Positions 12,914 through 25,542 of a stretch of 64,000 nt of DNA are shown one piece after another (within the stretch, counting starts at the first letter, position 1; every line of letters starts with the position of its first letter). The position numbers and the translations under genes were made by a program. Source of the DNA: Oedothorax gibbosus (lineage: Eukaryota); NCBI GenBank assembly GCA_019343175.1, contig JAFNEN010000097.1, forward strand, positions 93,448 through 157,447. Reading direction: 5' to 3'. The notes below the pieces were generated by a model. That model was not told where the DNA came from and searched no databases. It was given only the letters and a program-made list of their open reading frames with translations.

Positions 12914-13555
12914 GGGGTTGTTTCACGGAGGATCTGGCAATAGCTCTGCGGTTTTGTTTTCATGTCTCTCGAATTACTGTTGTTTTGGTCAAAGAGTTCT
13001 ATAGTAGGGTAGAACTGAACCTGGCAACAGCACCATGGAGCAACAACGGAGACAATATAGGGAGGGCATGTAGGGCCCGATGGCCGAGTGGTTTGGATCG
13101 CAGGCCATAACGCTGGCAGTCCGCGCGCTGTAACAGGTGCGGGTTCGATTCCCGCCTTTGCCCTGGGTGTACTTCCTTTCTCAGTATCAAAATTATAAAT
13201 TAACTAGCACTTTTGCCACTCTATTCGGGCAACTTAGTGAGCCATGGCTGCCGATGGCAGCTCAGTACGAGTCGTTCCTCTACCCTACTACAGAACTCTT
13301 TGGTTTTGGTATTCGGGAGTGAGTTTTCGAAGGGAATATTTTAGTTGTTAATTTTTTTAAAATTCCAACTTCTTTCAATACAAGTTTTCCTTGATAAATG
13401 ATTAAAACAACCAATAGCACAGCAAGAAGTTATAATTTTAAAAAATAACAGCTAAAATAAATTATTCTTAGAAAACTCAATTTCGAATATCAACAAAAGT
13501 AATTCGAGAGACATGAAAACAAAACCGCAGACCAGATCCTTCGTGAAACAACCCC
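12914..13555. mobile_element. Second copy of the 65-bp-TIR MITE, inverted internally relative to copy 1, with a tRNA-derived SINE head nested inside (13074-13180)
   Basis: Both TIRs are conserved. The internal segment is the reverse complement of copy 1's internal segment, plus about 330 bp of extra sequence containing a tRNA-like module. Confidence 0.7.
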
Positions 13556-13589
13556 ATTACTCAAAGTCCCACCCACAAGCTTTATTATA

Positions 13590-13800
13590 TAAAATATGTC
13601 AACTCAATGGAGCTAGAGGACATGGTGCGGCAAGACCTTCTGTGCCCATTTCAGCTTTCGTTTTAAAGAAAAGGACTCTTCGGGTGCGAAGACTATAGCC
13701 TGTTAGGTGGTCAAAGTCGCATACCAGTGTTTTAGTTCCCAAACATGCTTCGTTCTCGTTTTATTGGCCCACTGAAGGAATGATAGGCTGAGTGAACCTT
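13590..13800 (-). mobile_element. SINE family B, head-truncated copy
   Basis: Shares the core ..CCAGTGTTTTAGTTCCCAAACATGCTTCG..TTTTATTGGCCCACTGAAGGAATGA... Confidence 0.55.
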
Positions 13801-14454
13801 GTAGTAAATTATATGAAATCAAGTTTAGTTGCAATAACTCAATTAGATACGCCGGCCGGTTTGTTTATACTTACGAGTGGCGAAGGCCAAATCAGCAGTG
13901 TATATGTGAACACGTGGAGTACCGATGAAAAGAAAACCTTTACAAACGATTTTATCAATTAATTTAAGCTTTGCTTCGCACAAAAAGTACATAAGTTAGT
14001 TAATTTTGAGTTTAAGCTATAATTCAAGTAATATTCGAAGGTATTTTAGCGATATAAGTTAAGTACCCGATTATAATTGGTATAAGCCTACCTTCGGAAA
14101 GCAGTAAACCAGCTATAACCCCAAAAAACTAACAAACAATAGACAGCCGGGCGGAAACGATTAATGTACCTATCTATCAATACTATGATGCAATCACTGT
14201 GCTGTGTACTGGTTGCTTGACGTGTTGCTATTGTTACTGAAATATATACAAGTAAGTTTCAAAATAAAATGAATATCACTCTTGGTAACTAACTTTATCA
14301 CTTTAGGTAAGTTTTTTTGAGCTAAGAATTTTTTGAGCTTAGTTTTTTTTTAACATGTTTGTGAACGTAAATAGTTCAAAACTGAAACTAATTTTTGTTG
14401 TTAATTTTAAACTACGACTTTTCTTAGGCATTTAATAAAAGTATTGCTTTTGAT

Positions 14455-14585
14455 TTTTCTGAAAATATCTAATTATATTTGAAAGTAAATATCTAATTAT
14501 ATTTGAAAGTAAATATCTAATTATATTTGAAAGTAAATATCTAATTATATTTGAAAGTAAATATCTAATTATATTATATTTGAAA
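14455..14585. repeat. Tandem repeat, 24-bp unit ATATCTAATTATATTTGAAAGTAA, about 5 copies
   Basis: Perfect direct repeats. Confidence 0.9.
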
Positions 14586-15531
14586 GATATATTTTTAGTT
14601 TAAAAGGTGTGTTACAATTGCAAAAATCGGTTAAAACATATGATCAAGCGTGTGACTCTTACTTGCATGCAACTAAATATATCAGTCAGCAGCCTCCCAT
14701 AGCTTAACCACTCTACGGAGGTTGATATTTTATCTCTCTAGGAATAGGAAGCACATTTTTAAATAAACTAATGGGTGTGTAACACCACATGACTCAATTT
14801 CCACTCAATAAAACAATACATTAAGGTACATCTTGGGGATTTGTGTACCAAATGTGTAGTCTGCAGCGTACTGTTACAGGAAAACTGTCTTGTTCTTAAC
14901 TACTAAAGTATTTTTGAAGAAAATTATGGTTTTAGAATATTCTTTACACATTTAGGAAACCATAAATAAACATAAAAAAGTTGTACTTTCCCTAAATTTT
15001 ATGGATTGTTGACGATTGCAAAGGCTACTTTTTTTCCTATGCTAACTCTATGAGGGACAAAACTATTCCGCCTCAGGGGGACAATTTTGGTCCTAGTCCA
15101 ATCAGGAGCAGCTGGCAATATGTTGCATCTCTTTCACACAGTAGGGATGTAGGGCTCTAACCTTTTACGCATACACCTTTTTCTTGAAAACCTTATTATG
15201 ATGTGCGACAGGTACTAGGACCTCGTGTACCAAATTTGAAGTATGTAGCTCTTTAAGTTCAAGCTGTAGAGAGGTTTCAGATGAACAGTTTGACAGATGG
15301 ACCAATGTTCGAAAACCACTTTTGTAGAATCGGCACCCTCCAAAACATATAGAAAAACAAAAACTCTCTTTTGAATTTTGGTAACCATCACAATTCTTTT
15401 ATAATATCCCTCGTGTAGCTCTAGTTTACGATAATTCAAACTAACCTAACCTAGCACAATTTTTTCATTACCTTGTATTTCATGTTAGATAATTAAAAGT
15501 AGAGATAGGCAAATGTACTATTAACATACTA

Positions 15532-16228
15532 CAGTAGAACCTCGATTATCCGGAACTCTCTCTTAACCAACCGTACCCAAGTCAACTTCAAAAAATTACT
15601 CCTACAAAATAATTTTTGGTGATTCACAAAGTAAACAAGTTTCAGGAATATACACAGAGAGTCTAAAGTGAGAAATCTCCGGCGATAGTGAAATTGGCAA
15701 ACTTCTGTAACTCAGAATTACAGGATGATTCTGAAATTAGAATTCTGTACCGATCCTCAACTTGGGAAACTTTTGGGTTTTAGGAAATATGGAAACTGTG
15801 TGATGATAAGATAGCAAAACTGCAGCAATAAAAAGAGTAAAAGCCAATTCCTGGCAATCTTAAATTTTCGGGAAACTCTGGGAATCATCTGAAATCGTAA
15901 GACTTCATGTCTCTACTATAAAACAAAAAAAAAAGCATTTTTCGAAGAACCCCTCTCAGTGATTAAAAATTATAATTTAGCACTTTCTTTTCGGCTCAGT
16001 TAAGTCTCGGAGATAACTTAACACTAAAATTCAATGTGTACTAGTATATAACCATCATGGATTTTGGACGTTGGCTGATTTAGGGTCTGGGGACATTCGG
16101 CCATAGATTTCGGCGCTCCTCTGTACCATAAGTTTTAGAGGGTTAATGAAAATTCTATATTATCTGGAATTTTCGATTATCCGATCTACCTCCTGTCCCA
16201 ATTAGATCAGATAATCGAGGTTCTACTG
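15532..16228. mobile_element. Tc1/mariner-type MITE (about 700 bp) with TIRs CAGTAGAACCTCGATTATC / GATAATCGAGGTTCTACTG and a TA target-site duplication
   Basis: Perfect 19-22-bp terminal inverted repeats flanked by TA on both sides. No ORF. Confidence 0.7.
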
Positions 16229-16859
16229 TAATTATTTAGTCCATTCTCATGTTACGCAAAGGACTTCTTATCCTGAAATAATGTAATTATTGCACAATTC
16301 AAAATTGTTTTGCTGTTTTATCAAAAATCAGTAAAAGTTTACTGTATGGTCAATCTTGCCAAAATGTTGCTACTTTGAAGACATTTTGTACAAGCTAGAT
16401 CTAAAGAAAACAGTGTGTGAAAAATGTTGTTTGTGTAAAAAAATAGTCAGATCCCTGAAGTCATAATACCTCTCTCGTATTTGTCGCTATCCTCCTCTTT
16501 TACTGCACTGCCAATACTGTGGCTGCTGGCTCGGCTGCTCGCGTCACCCTGGGCAATGCCGCCACCCCCTGTATCTCGCCAGCGTTGTGTGTGGAGGGGG
16601 TCCTGTAAACACTGACCTGTATCGGGAAACACAGTAATCAGTAGTAGAGAGGCTTATGGCCAAAAGGTGTGTTGGTGTAACGTTGTAAAAAAAGTAAGTT
16701 TTTTAGTGAGTTTCATCTAATTTTGAATCTTCAGAAACTCAGAAATAAGTGACTGTTATCCCTAAGTTAGATAAATCGGTTACATATCATTGAAAAGAGC
16801 AATAATTTGGCTATGTTATCACATTGTTAGTTTGGACGCTAGGCTATGTACCTTCCCCT

Positions 16860-17295
16860 AAACAAGCCGTCTACGCCATTATGTCTTACCGGGGTTATGC
16901 CACCACAATCAATTCAGGGTTATTCCGCCATCCTTTTCTTTCAGATTTTTGCTCAGATTAGAACTACAGAGGCTTAATAGCCATTTACTAGGCCAACACA
17001 ATTTTTATTTAAAGAATAATATGGCCTGGACTAACTAATAGTCATTTATTACACATTTTACTTTGTTAAAAATAGTAAGACTATGGCAGAGACCATAGCA
17101 GGGACAAGTAATAGCCATTTACTACGTGTGTGATTTTTGGTAAACTTCTTAAGTAAATTCTTCATTTAATTGAACCTATTTTAGTGCTATATGTTGTGCT
17201 TTATTACATCCTTTTCCATTATTCATAGATTATTTGCTGTGTTTTGATGGTGTGGCGGCATAACCCCAGGTACCGGGGTAATATCGCCACTCTGC
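16860..17295. repeat. Foldback-like structure. It has terminal inverted segments (..CGGGGTTATGCCACCACA.. / ..TGTGGCGGCATAACCCCAG..) enclosing 3 tandem units of about 55 bp containing 'TAATAGCCATTTACTA'.
   Basis: Inverted repeat at 16893-16915 versus 17248-17275. The internal direct repeats start at about 16975, 17035 and 17100. Confidence 0.5.
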
Positions 17296-18657
17296 AAGCT
17301 TTTAGAAAAAACAATTTGATTCAGTTACTATTACAGATTTCAAGTTTAAAAATTCACTACAAGATAGGTTATGAAATGTAGTATGCTATGTTTGTTACAA
17401 TTTACAATTATTCTAACACAACTCTGCATGAAAATTCCATTTCCCTTAAGGTGGCCCGATTCCCCCGGTCTACATGCATAGCCGGTCTATGCATGTATAA
17501 TAAAATTGATTTTTTTAATGCATGTACTGATTTTTCTTACTCTCATCTATCTTGACTATCTTACCCTGTCTATCCACTTTTATACTACTACCAATCATCT
17601 GCTCCACACAAAAGTCATGGCACAAAGAATGATAGTTACTCACAGTCTTGGAGAAACATTTACTCTCCTTCATAATAAACCTTATTATCGCTCACCCACA
17701 TTACACCTAGCTATGTAAAATGCCTGTGTATTTATATATAAGGGCAATTATTATAATCTGTTAATACCAAAATATAGCCAGGTATCCCTGGTAAATACCC
17801 ATTTATAAATACCCTACCCACTGGGTATTTACCCAACGCGCATCACTATATACAACTGAACTAAAACCTTATTCATCGTCATTCAACTCAATAAAAAAAA
17901 ACGTTCTCACATTCCTTTTATGTCGTGCTCCCTTTCCCCTTAAATTTACACCTCCATTCATAAGCATCATTTATATAATTCCTTTCAACCAATATCCTTA
18001 CCACACTTACAGCACTAGTATCTATCCGCAATCAAACTCACTTTAATAAAAACTAAACAAATGTCTCCTTTTTTCCATCCAATCCATACAGATACTTTAA
18101 ATTAACATTATCATTTGACCACATTAACATTGTCTTCCAACTTTCTTGCACTTATCTCAGACATTCCTTATGTAGCCATCCCAAAAATATATTCTGATAA
18201 GAACGCCATATCTAAATATTTGAAACAAAAACAGAGACAAGACACTCCTTCAATGAATCAAAATTGAAAATGGTGACTACACATTCTTCAAAACCAATAG
18301 GGTTGTCGAAAACTCTATTGATGTCAGGTTGGAGAATGGTTGCCAGAAAAAAATATTTATCACCAATTGTGAATATTTTATAAAAAGGTTGACCGGGTAA
18401 TACACTTAATCTGATCTAAAATAAATAAATGGATCATATTTATTTTATTTGTGAATCTCTTAAATGTGTGCAAAGTTTATGTATTGAAAAAAAAATATTG
18501 TGTTAAAGTTATATTGTGTTATTGTTATGAAGGACCTGCTTATGCTGTGAAAGCACAGCAAAGTGTATTAAGTGTTAGTAAAAAACTTTTTCAAAGTATG
18601 TCCAATTTTTTTTAATAGATAAATGAATTAATTTCAGTTATTTAACGGACACTCAAA

Positions 18658-18746
18658 ATGTCTCCTGTAAATCTGTTATTGAAGGGAACAGCATTAACAT
18701 CAACAAAAAATAAATATCTGGATGAAGAAGATATCAATGCCCACAA
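18658..18746 (+). CDS. TROVE gene exon 1 (MSPVNLLLKGTALTSTKNKYLDEEDINAH, leaves 2 nt); putative start codon
   Basis: ATG in an aaaATGt context. Donor caa|gtaaga. The frame joins exon 2 only at this phase. Confidence 0.35.
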
Positions 18747-18952
18747 GTAAGATTATCAAAAATGTAAATGTGTATTATCCTGTTGACCTGCCAATGCTCG
18801 CCAAATCCTTAAGTGTTAGATTTTGGTTTGGTGCTAGTTTTTCCATTAAAAAAAATTTTAAAAACAAAATTTTTGTTCTTATAATAATATAAATTATATT
18901 TAATTTTATATATACTTTTATTTATATTAATTTTATATTTATTATTTAAAAT

Positions 18953-19092
<140 letters not shown>

Positions 19093-19407
19093 TTGATATT
19101 TGATAAAAATGATTGACTTTATGGCAAAAATGGTTGACAGGATTTATACAGGTACCATCAACATTTTTACAACCTTTAAAATTTAACTAACAAGTTGTTA
19201 ATTGAAAAAAAATATTGATGTTTTAGTACTAAAACAGTTAAAGTAAAATAAAAAATGACAATTTCAAAATGTTTAAAATTGGGTTCAGGATTGATGTGTA
19301 GTAAAAAAAAATTACAAATTCATAAATCTACACAGTTTTATTTTTGTGAATCTTGCACATTTTTAATATTGCTATTAGCAGATTTCTAATCTTGCATTTT
19401 TTTTCAG

Positions 19408-19523
19408 ACAAAATAGTTCAGCTTCTTTCAAAAGAAAACTTACTTTGAACCTTTTAGAAGATTGGAAGATTATACATGAACAAAATGAATTAACAAGCAC
19501 TAAAAATACATTGTTAGACTATG
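19408..19523 (+). CDS. TROVE gene exon 2 (..KQNSSASFKRKLTLNLLEDWKIIHEQNELTSTKNTLLDY)
   Basis: Acceptor ttttttttcag, donor atg|gtaagt. Open only in the frame dictated by exon 1. Confidence 0.4.
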
Positions 19524-21895
19524 GTAAGTTGTCTTCATTTGAAGAGCTAATTTCCAAATGACATTAAGTCAAAATTTTCAAAAATGGACTTTTTGATGCA
19601 AAATGGTATAAGCTAATATGATATAATGTATTTTCAAAACGTATAAGCTCCAAGATAGGTTTGGTCGTATAAAAAACAGAGTACAATGTTTCGGAAAAGA
19701 AGCAAGTTACAAGTAATTTTGTGTGCCTAAAGGGATTAAGTATTTACTATCTTCAGGCCCAAGGAAAAAAACCTACATAGACCTGATATTGAAACTTTGT
19801 TTGAGCGGCAAAAAATATATAACATGTTCTGTTCACCTGCTATTTGAATTTGACATTAACTGCAAGTTATTGTCTTAACTAATTACCAACCAGTGTTTCT
19901 CAAAACAAATGTTTAATGCTCAAAATTATTAGTTTTCTTAAAAATAAATAAATTTTCAATAAAAATAAAATATATTTATCTGCTAGTTGTATTTTTTAAA
20001 AAAATAATTTCTAGATTTAAAAGTACTTTTACCAGTAACATAAATATTATGTATTTAATAAAAAGAAAAATATATATTTAAATCTGTTTTACATAAAAAA
20101 ATATTTTTATCCGAGCTATATTTTTATAGTAATCTGAAATTGGAAATAATATATACTCTGCCAACTGAAGATGATAAAAAACATTGAGTAAAAAGTCAAA
20201 GGAAAAAGCGCATTGAGCCTGATGGATAATAAATAAAACAATCGTGTCATCAACCACATCTTATTCAAACAAAACAAAAAGTAAAAAAAAGTTTCAATTA
20301 GTCGTGTGCTTTGGCATCTAAGGTTATTGCAAATAACTTTCTTTATGCATAAAAGGGGAGCCTTTCTAGCAAGGCAAGCAAATACAAAGGCAGTTTTTTT
20401 TTTAAAATTCGTAATTCTTACATTGTTTATTTTCATGCTAAATTAGTTTATAAATTACATTAAATAAATAAGTACCTAATGGTTTTGGGATCTATTGATT
20501 TTTTTAATAAGATTGCATCAAAATTTCATTAATTTTTTTATGAATAAAAAATATGGGAATGTGTGTGTGGATAAATTTATTGAACTGTATACTTATGACC
20601 TATGGGGGGTCTTAGAATAATGGTTCAAAATGTATCAAAATGTCCAATTTTTTTAATTTAATATATTTTTTAAAGTATAATTTTTTAAAATTATAATTGT
20701 AATAGCCTATATATAGTATTCTAAGCAAAAAATAAGCATATACGTATAATAAAAATGTAAAGTTTTTTTTTTGCAAAAATTTATCATTGCATTATATTAT
20801 AAAACCACAAATACACTTTAAATGTTTTTAAAGTATCTGAAAGTGTGAATTCCAAACCTTTTATTAAAATTAAAACCAAAGCAAAACTTTGAGGAACATA
20901 ATAACATTAATAAGTTGACCGAAAAGTAAAAAAACTTATTAAATCAAATTAAATATGTAGCTTTTTCCAAGCCCTTTATAGAAAGCACACCAAATATTTA
21001 TGACAACCAAAAAACTATAAACAATATTTCTTTACCTACTTCATAAATTGCCATTTTTTTGAACAGAAAGTCTAGTTAATCACCTAACACACTTTTTCAA
21101 TATAGCAAGTTCTTTATGCAATGATTCTTCTTTTTATGATAGCACTTGAAGTTAAATGTTTTAAAGGGAGAAAATTATACAATTATACAATGAATTATGA
21201 TCTGATGAAAAAGATCAACAGCATCTGTATGATCGGAACGGCAACCGTCGAAGGAAAAAAAGAAACATTGTTCCGTTAGCTTGTAATGTACAATTGCCTT
21301 AATGAAAATTAATCGAAATATAATTTAATGAAAAGGCACTTTTTTGTCGGTTAAAATTACCTAAATTTCTCAAATAATATTTAAATATGGTTAACCTTAA
21401 ACAATATTAATGTTTTAAACATATTTTCTGAGTGAATACGAAAATATTTTATGGAACTCTTTACATCCGCGGAATCAACAAGCGATAAAGTTGTAAAAAT
21501 GGAAGTAATGGCACAGCAATTTCTGTCAGGGAGGAGGTTGGAGAGCCTAAGGAAAACCTTGGAGCTTCCAAATTAGCGTAAAGCGTTCCGGAAGAAGTTT
21601 GGCAATTGCAATATTATCTGGGGAGTAAAGGTTTTGAAGGATTGCTAAGTGGCCAAAATGGAACCGTGTATGATACCCATGGGGAGGATTGGTGGGGTTG
21701 GAGAGAGCAGCAAAGTCTCGAGTGCAAAACTCCCAATGGACCACAAAGCAGTTGAATGTGTGTTGTGCAGCAATTCTCTGGGGTTGGCTAGCGTTTGCAA
21801 GCAGGAGCAAAGCTCCTAGTGCATAAAAGTATCTCACCCATTTGAATAGAAATATTATAATACATACATAGAATATTGATTGAAGTACTTTTTAG

Positions 21896-21976
21896 ATATA
21901 GGCTCCAAGAAAAAAAAGAGCAGACATAAAAGAGCAAAGAAAGAAATGCAAACTTTTGACTCTTCTCCAATGAGAA
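21896..21976 (+). CDS. TROVE gene exon 3 (DIGSKKKKSRHKRAKKEMQTFDSSPMR; basic, NLS-like)
   Basis: Acceptor tttttag, donor gaa|gtaagt. Phase-consistent. Confidence 0.4.
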
Positions 21977-22170
21977 GTAAGTAACATAAAATTATTTTTA
22001 CACCTTAATTTCCACAATTTTAGCCGAACATCTTAATTTATAAATATGGTTATTAAATATACCTGAATTATTATATTTTAATAATAATTAAGGCATTTTG
22101 TGCTACTTCTTAAACACTCTACCTTTTCATCAAAATTTTGTTATCCCATGATTTTTTTTATCCTATTCAG

Positions 22171-22257
22171 GTCAAATGCTACGGAAATGTCCCAGGAAAA
22201 AAGCATATTTTAAGTCTGCCTGCAGAGAGTATGAAATGGAGGATACTTCAGTATTGG
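22171..22257 (+). CDS. TROVE gene exon 4 (SQMLRKCPRKKAYFKSACREYEMEDTSVL)
   Basis: Acceptor tcctattcag, donor ttgg|gtaact. Phase-consistent. Confidence 0.4.
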
Positions 22258-22993
22258 GTAACTTTTTTTTATCCCATGTTATATGTATACATCCTTAATT
22301 TATTAATCTCATCTCATATCTATGTATCTGAATTTTGCATACTTCACTTTTATGCCCAGTGATTAAAAAAAAATAAGCAATGCAAGGACACAAATACTTA
22401 GTGGTTATTATGACTTTTTTTTTATGATAGTCATCAATATTTATTTACTACTACCATACACAACAAGTCCATTTAAAGGTAGAGGACCAACTGATAATTA
22501 ATATGATTAGTTAAAGGGTCACAACTTAATTAACAAGCTTGATGCTATGAAGTAAAGCTAACCATTAAAAAAAATTCTGCAAAATCATACCAGATTCATT
22601 TTTGTAATACAATTACAAGTTATTCCATTGAGACTGTAGAACAATTTGACTACACAGCTCAAGGTGGAGGAGTTTGCGATACCCAAATGAAAACTTCAAT
22701 AGCTCTTTTCTTGGTTGTTAAACTTTTCATAATAAAACTTGAATTCCTGATTTTTAAATAATTTTTTTTATTGAGGCATATTGAAGGCAGTGCTATCAGA
22801 AGAGAAGTTCTGATTATTTGTGGCTCTGCATCTCTGCACTCAATTTTATGTATGTAATTGCTGTGTTGTGCTGTGCTAAAAGGCAAGCTATATCTGGAGA
22901 GTTAAATAATTTTTTACAATTTCCTTTGACTGTGTATTTTATGCAAACATAGAGTTGCAGTATTTTTTTTTTATCCTTTGTAAATTATTTCAG

Positions 22994-23080
22994 CAGCTGA
23001 TAATATTTATGGAGAAGTCCTGTCAGCCCCATCAATGGCACAAGATTGTGTTCTTGATATGGGAGGGTCAGGTGTATTTG
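22994..23080 (+). CDS. TROVE gene exon 5 (AADNIYGEVLSAPSMAQDCVLDMGGSGVF)
   Basis: Acceptor ttatttcag, donor tttg|gtaatt. Phase-consistent. Confidence 0.4.
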
Positions 23081-25257
23081 GTAATTGTTCTTATTTTTTT
23101 CATTTAAAAATTGTGATGTTAAATAGTGTATTTATCTTAGAAAATATAAATATACTGTAATTTTTAAGTATAAACAATTATAGGTTATTAAAATATAATT
23201 AAAATTTTGTAGTAATAGATAAAATTAAATAATTTAGCTTAAACACTTAGGCATACATTGTTATAGTTCCCAGGTCCTCGAGCATACCCAAAACCCAAAA
23301 ATTTTAAAATGGGGTTCAGCACCTGCAATAATTTAAAGGCTGAACTCAAATATTACAAAGAAAAATATTTTAGATTTGCTATATTCCTACTTCAACTTCT
23401 TTCTACTACTTTGCCCACAAGTATGGTTTTATCTATTTTGTGGCTCTGGGTGTAGTGAAACGCATGTTTTCTGCATTGCATCTGTATTAATCATTAATGC
23501 ATTAATCAATGCATTTCTTCATTAATCATTAATCTAGATCATAGAGCTCTAATGCAGCGTTAAGTCAGCCAAATCAATTATACACAACTTTTTGCGGAGT
23601 GTCAAAAATAAACAAATATAGGATCATGAGCAACCCCAATAATTTTGAAAACTTAACGCCTATGTTTAAATTAAAAAATTTCTCCCTAATAGTTCATTAG
23701 GAAATCTATCAATTTCTGTATCCTTTGACAATGATCACTTTCCTACTGAAAATTTGAATACTTAAGGGAAAATGTTGTCCTTTAACTTATTTGTAAATGC
23801 TATATTCGGTGGTTGAAGTTTACAAACAAATACCAACTCGCTCCTGATTGGATAACTCCATTCAGCTTCCGGTGTAGCACTTCCGATGTTTTTGGTGGTT
23901 TGTTGTTATGTTATTAGTGTTTGACTATCAAAGATGACGGGATGATAAAATTCTCTTTTGTACTTTTGGTTTTTCAAATTAGGTTTTTCTTTAGCTTTAC
24001 ATATTTTTATCATTAAGCTACATTAGCTTACAAAGCTATCTAAAGCATTTTCAATCAATATTGGTGGACTTTTATTTCACTAAGACATTCACTTTGGATA
24101 GATTGTGTGTAGTTACGAAAGGCATAGTTCAATAATCAAATCTGACTAAACTAAATTAGAAATAATTTTTCACACATTATTCACATTATTTCACACATCA
24201 TTTTAACTTTAAATCACTAAACTGTGTAGTTACAAAAAACTGATGTAATACACATATGAATATGGGCCTGTAGTTGGCAAGGATGTTAGTTACTTCCAAT
24301 ATACATAACTGTGTTACCAGCTTCAGAAGTCCTTATTCCAAAACACGTATTTTCAGCCTTTCGGTACCTGCCGCTGTTTTCGGTTTCAGCCTCTGTTTTT
24401 ACTTTACATGTAGGTTTGAAATTTTCAAGGATGTTGTATGCATGTTTATTCAACAAAGTAAAGCAACAATTTTCTAAAAAAATAATAATTGCACAAAAAC
24501 ACGAAGATTTGTTTAATTTGAGAAATTAATCACTTCTAATCTTAACTTTGAATCTTTGAGAAATCTAAATACCTTAACTTTAGATAAATCATTCGTTCCA
24601 GATCGCATGGAACATTGTGGAACAGAACAACAACTTCCTCTCTTTTTTTAATTGTATAAATTACTTATTTTAAATAGTGAAAAGCTATAATTTCTTAAAA
24701 CTAAACCGATGATACACACCCTGTATAATAACAACAACAGTACGACTGGAAGTACACAGAAGTTACAGACTGAACTTCCGATTAACAGCGCCCTCTACTC
24801 AACACTTCTTACTTCAACCAGCAAATAGGAACCTTGTGAAACATGTTTTTAAAATATTGTTGTCCCGAGCCAACAGTGTTTGGTTTATTTAATTGTGAGA
24901 TTAATTTATTTTTATATTTAAAATATGTTTGTAAGTTAGCTGTGGCATCTGTATCGTTTGTGAGGAAATAAAATATAGAAAAAGATGTTCCTCGGTTTTT
25001 CTTTCGTAAAATTCTATACCTTTTTATGCTTATTAGAATTATTGAAATCAAAGAAGATTGACGATGTGTGTTTTAGATAAAGGACAAGGAAAGCTCAGTT
25101 AGAATTTCCTGGTTGTTCCAAACAACCAGGAAATATATAAATCTATAATCTTTAAAAAATATTCCTTTTAGTAGACATTTAAAAAACTGTTTTAAAGAAT
25201 GTTTCGTAAAATGTTTAACAATTTAAATGTTTTATCTGTATTTATGTTTTAATGCAG

Positions 25258-25542
25258 GTCAGTTTAATGCAATGCAAATGAATACCATGTCATTTGCTCC
25301 GCCTCCTCCAGGGCTCTCTGCTCCTTCAGGGCTCTCTGCTCCTCCAATCGCTGGTTTTGGTTGTGCTCCTTCACCACAACATCTTTTCCAACATTACCAA
25401 GCTCCTGTTAATCACAGTATGCAAAATTCTGCATTTGCTTCAAGTATTCCGTTTGGATCTGAACAAAGAAATTGTAACATTAACATGCTGTTCAACAATT
25501 TCGCTGAACCTTCTTCTAGAAGTTTCCCGTTTATTCAACCAC
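25258..25542 (+). CDS. TROVE gene exon 6. Low-complexity P/S/A-rich segment (..FAPPPPGLSAPSGLSAPPIAGFGCAPSPQHLFQHYQAPVNHSMQNSAF..).
   Basis: A 285-nt open segment, acceptor aatgcag, donor cac|gtaagtg. Contains a 21-nt direct repeat encoding (GLSAPS/P)x2. Confidence 0.45.

Noticed and set aside
13074-13150. tRNA genes at 4980-5075, 6414-6490, 10311-10390, 13074-13150 and 39290-39350
   Set aside because: Each is fused to a recurring family-specific body and has irregular stem and loop spacing. These are SINE heads, not functional tRNA genes.
20116-20436. Several AT-rich ORFs of 60-130 aa (for example 20116-20436, 28143-28547 minus, 7806-8018, 24809-25051)
   Set aside because: Their composition is driven by AT-richness (runs of K, N, I, F). 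They have no splice context, and several overlap annotated repeats or the opposite strand of real exons.
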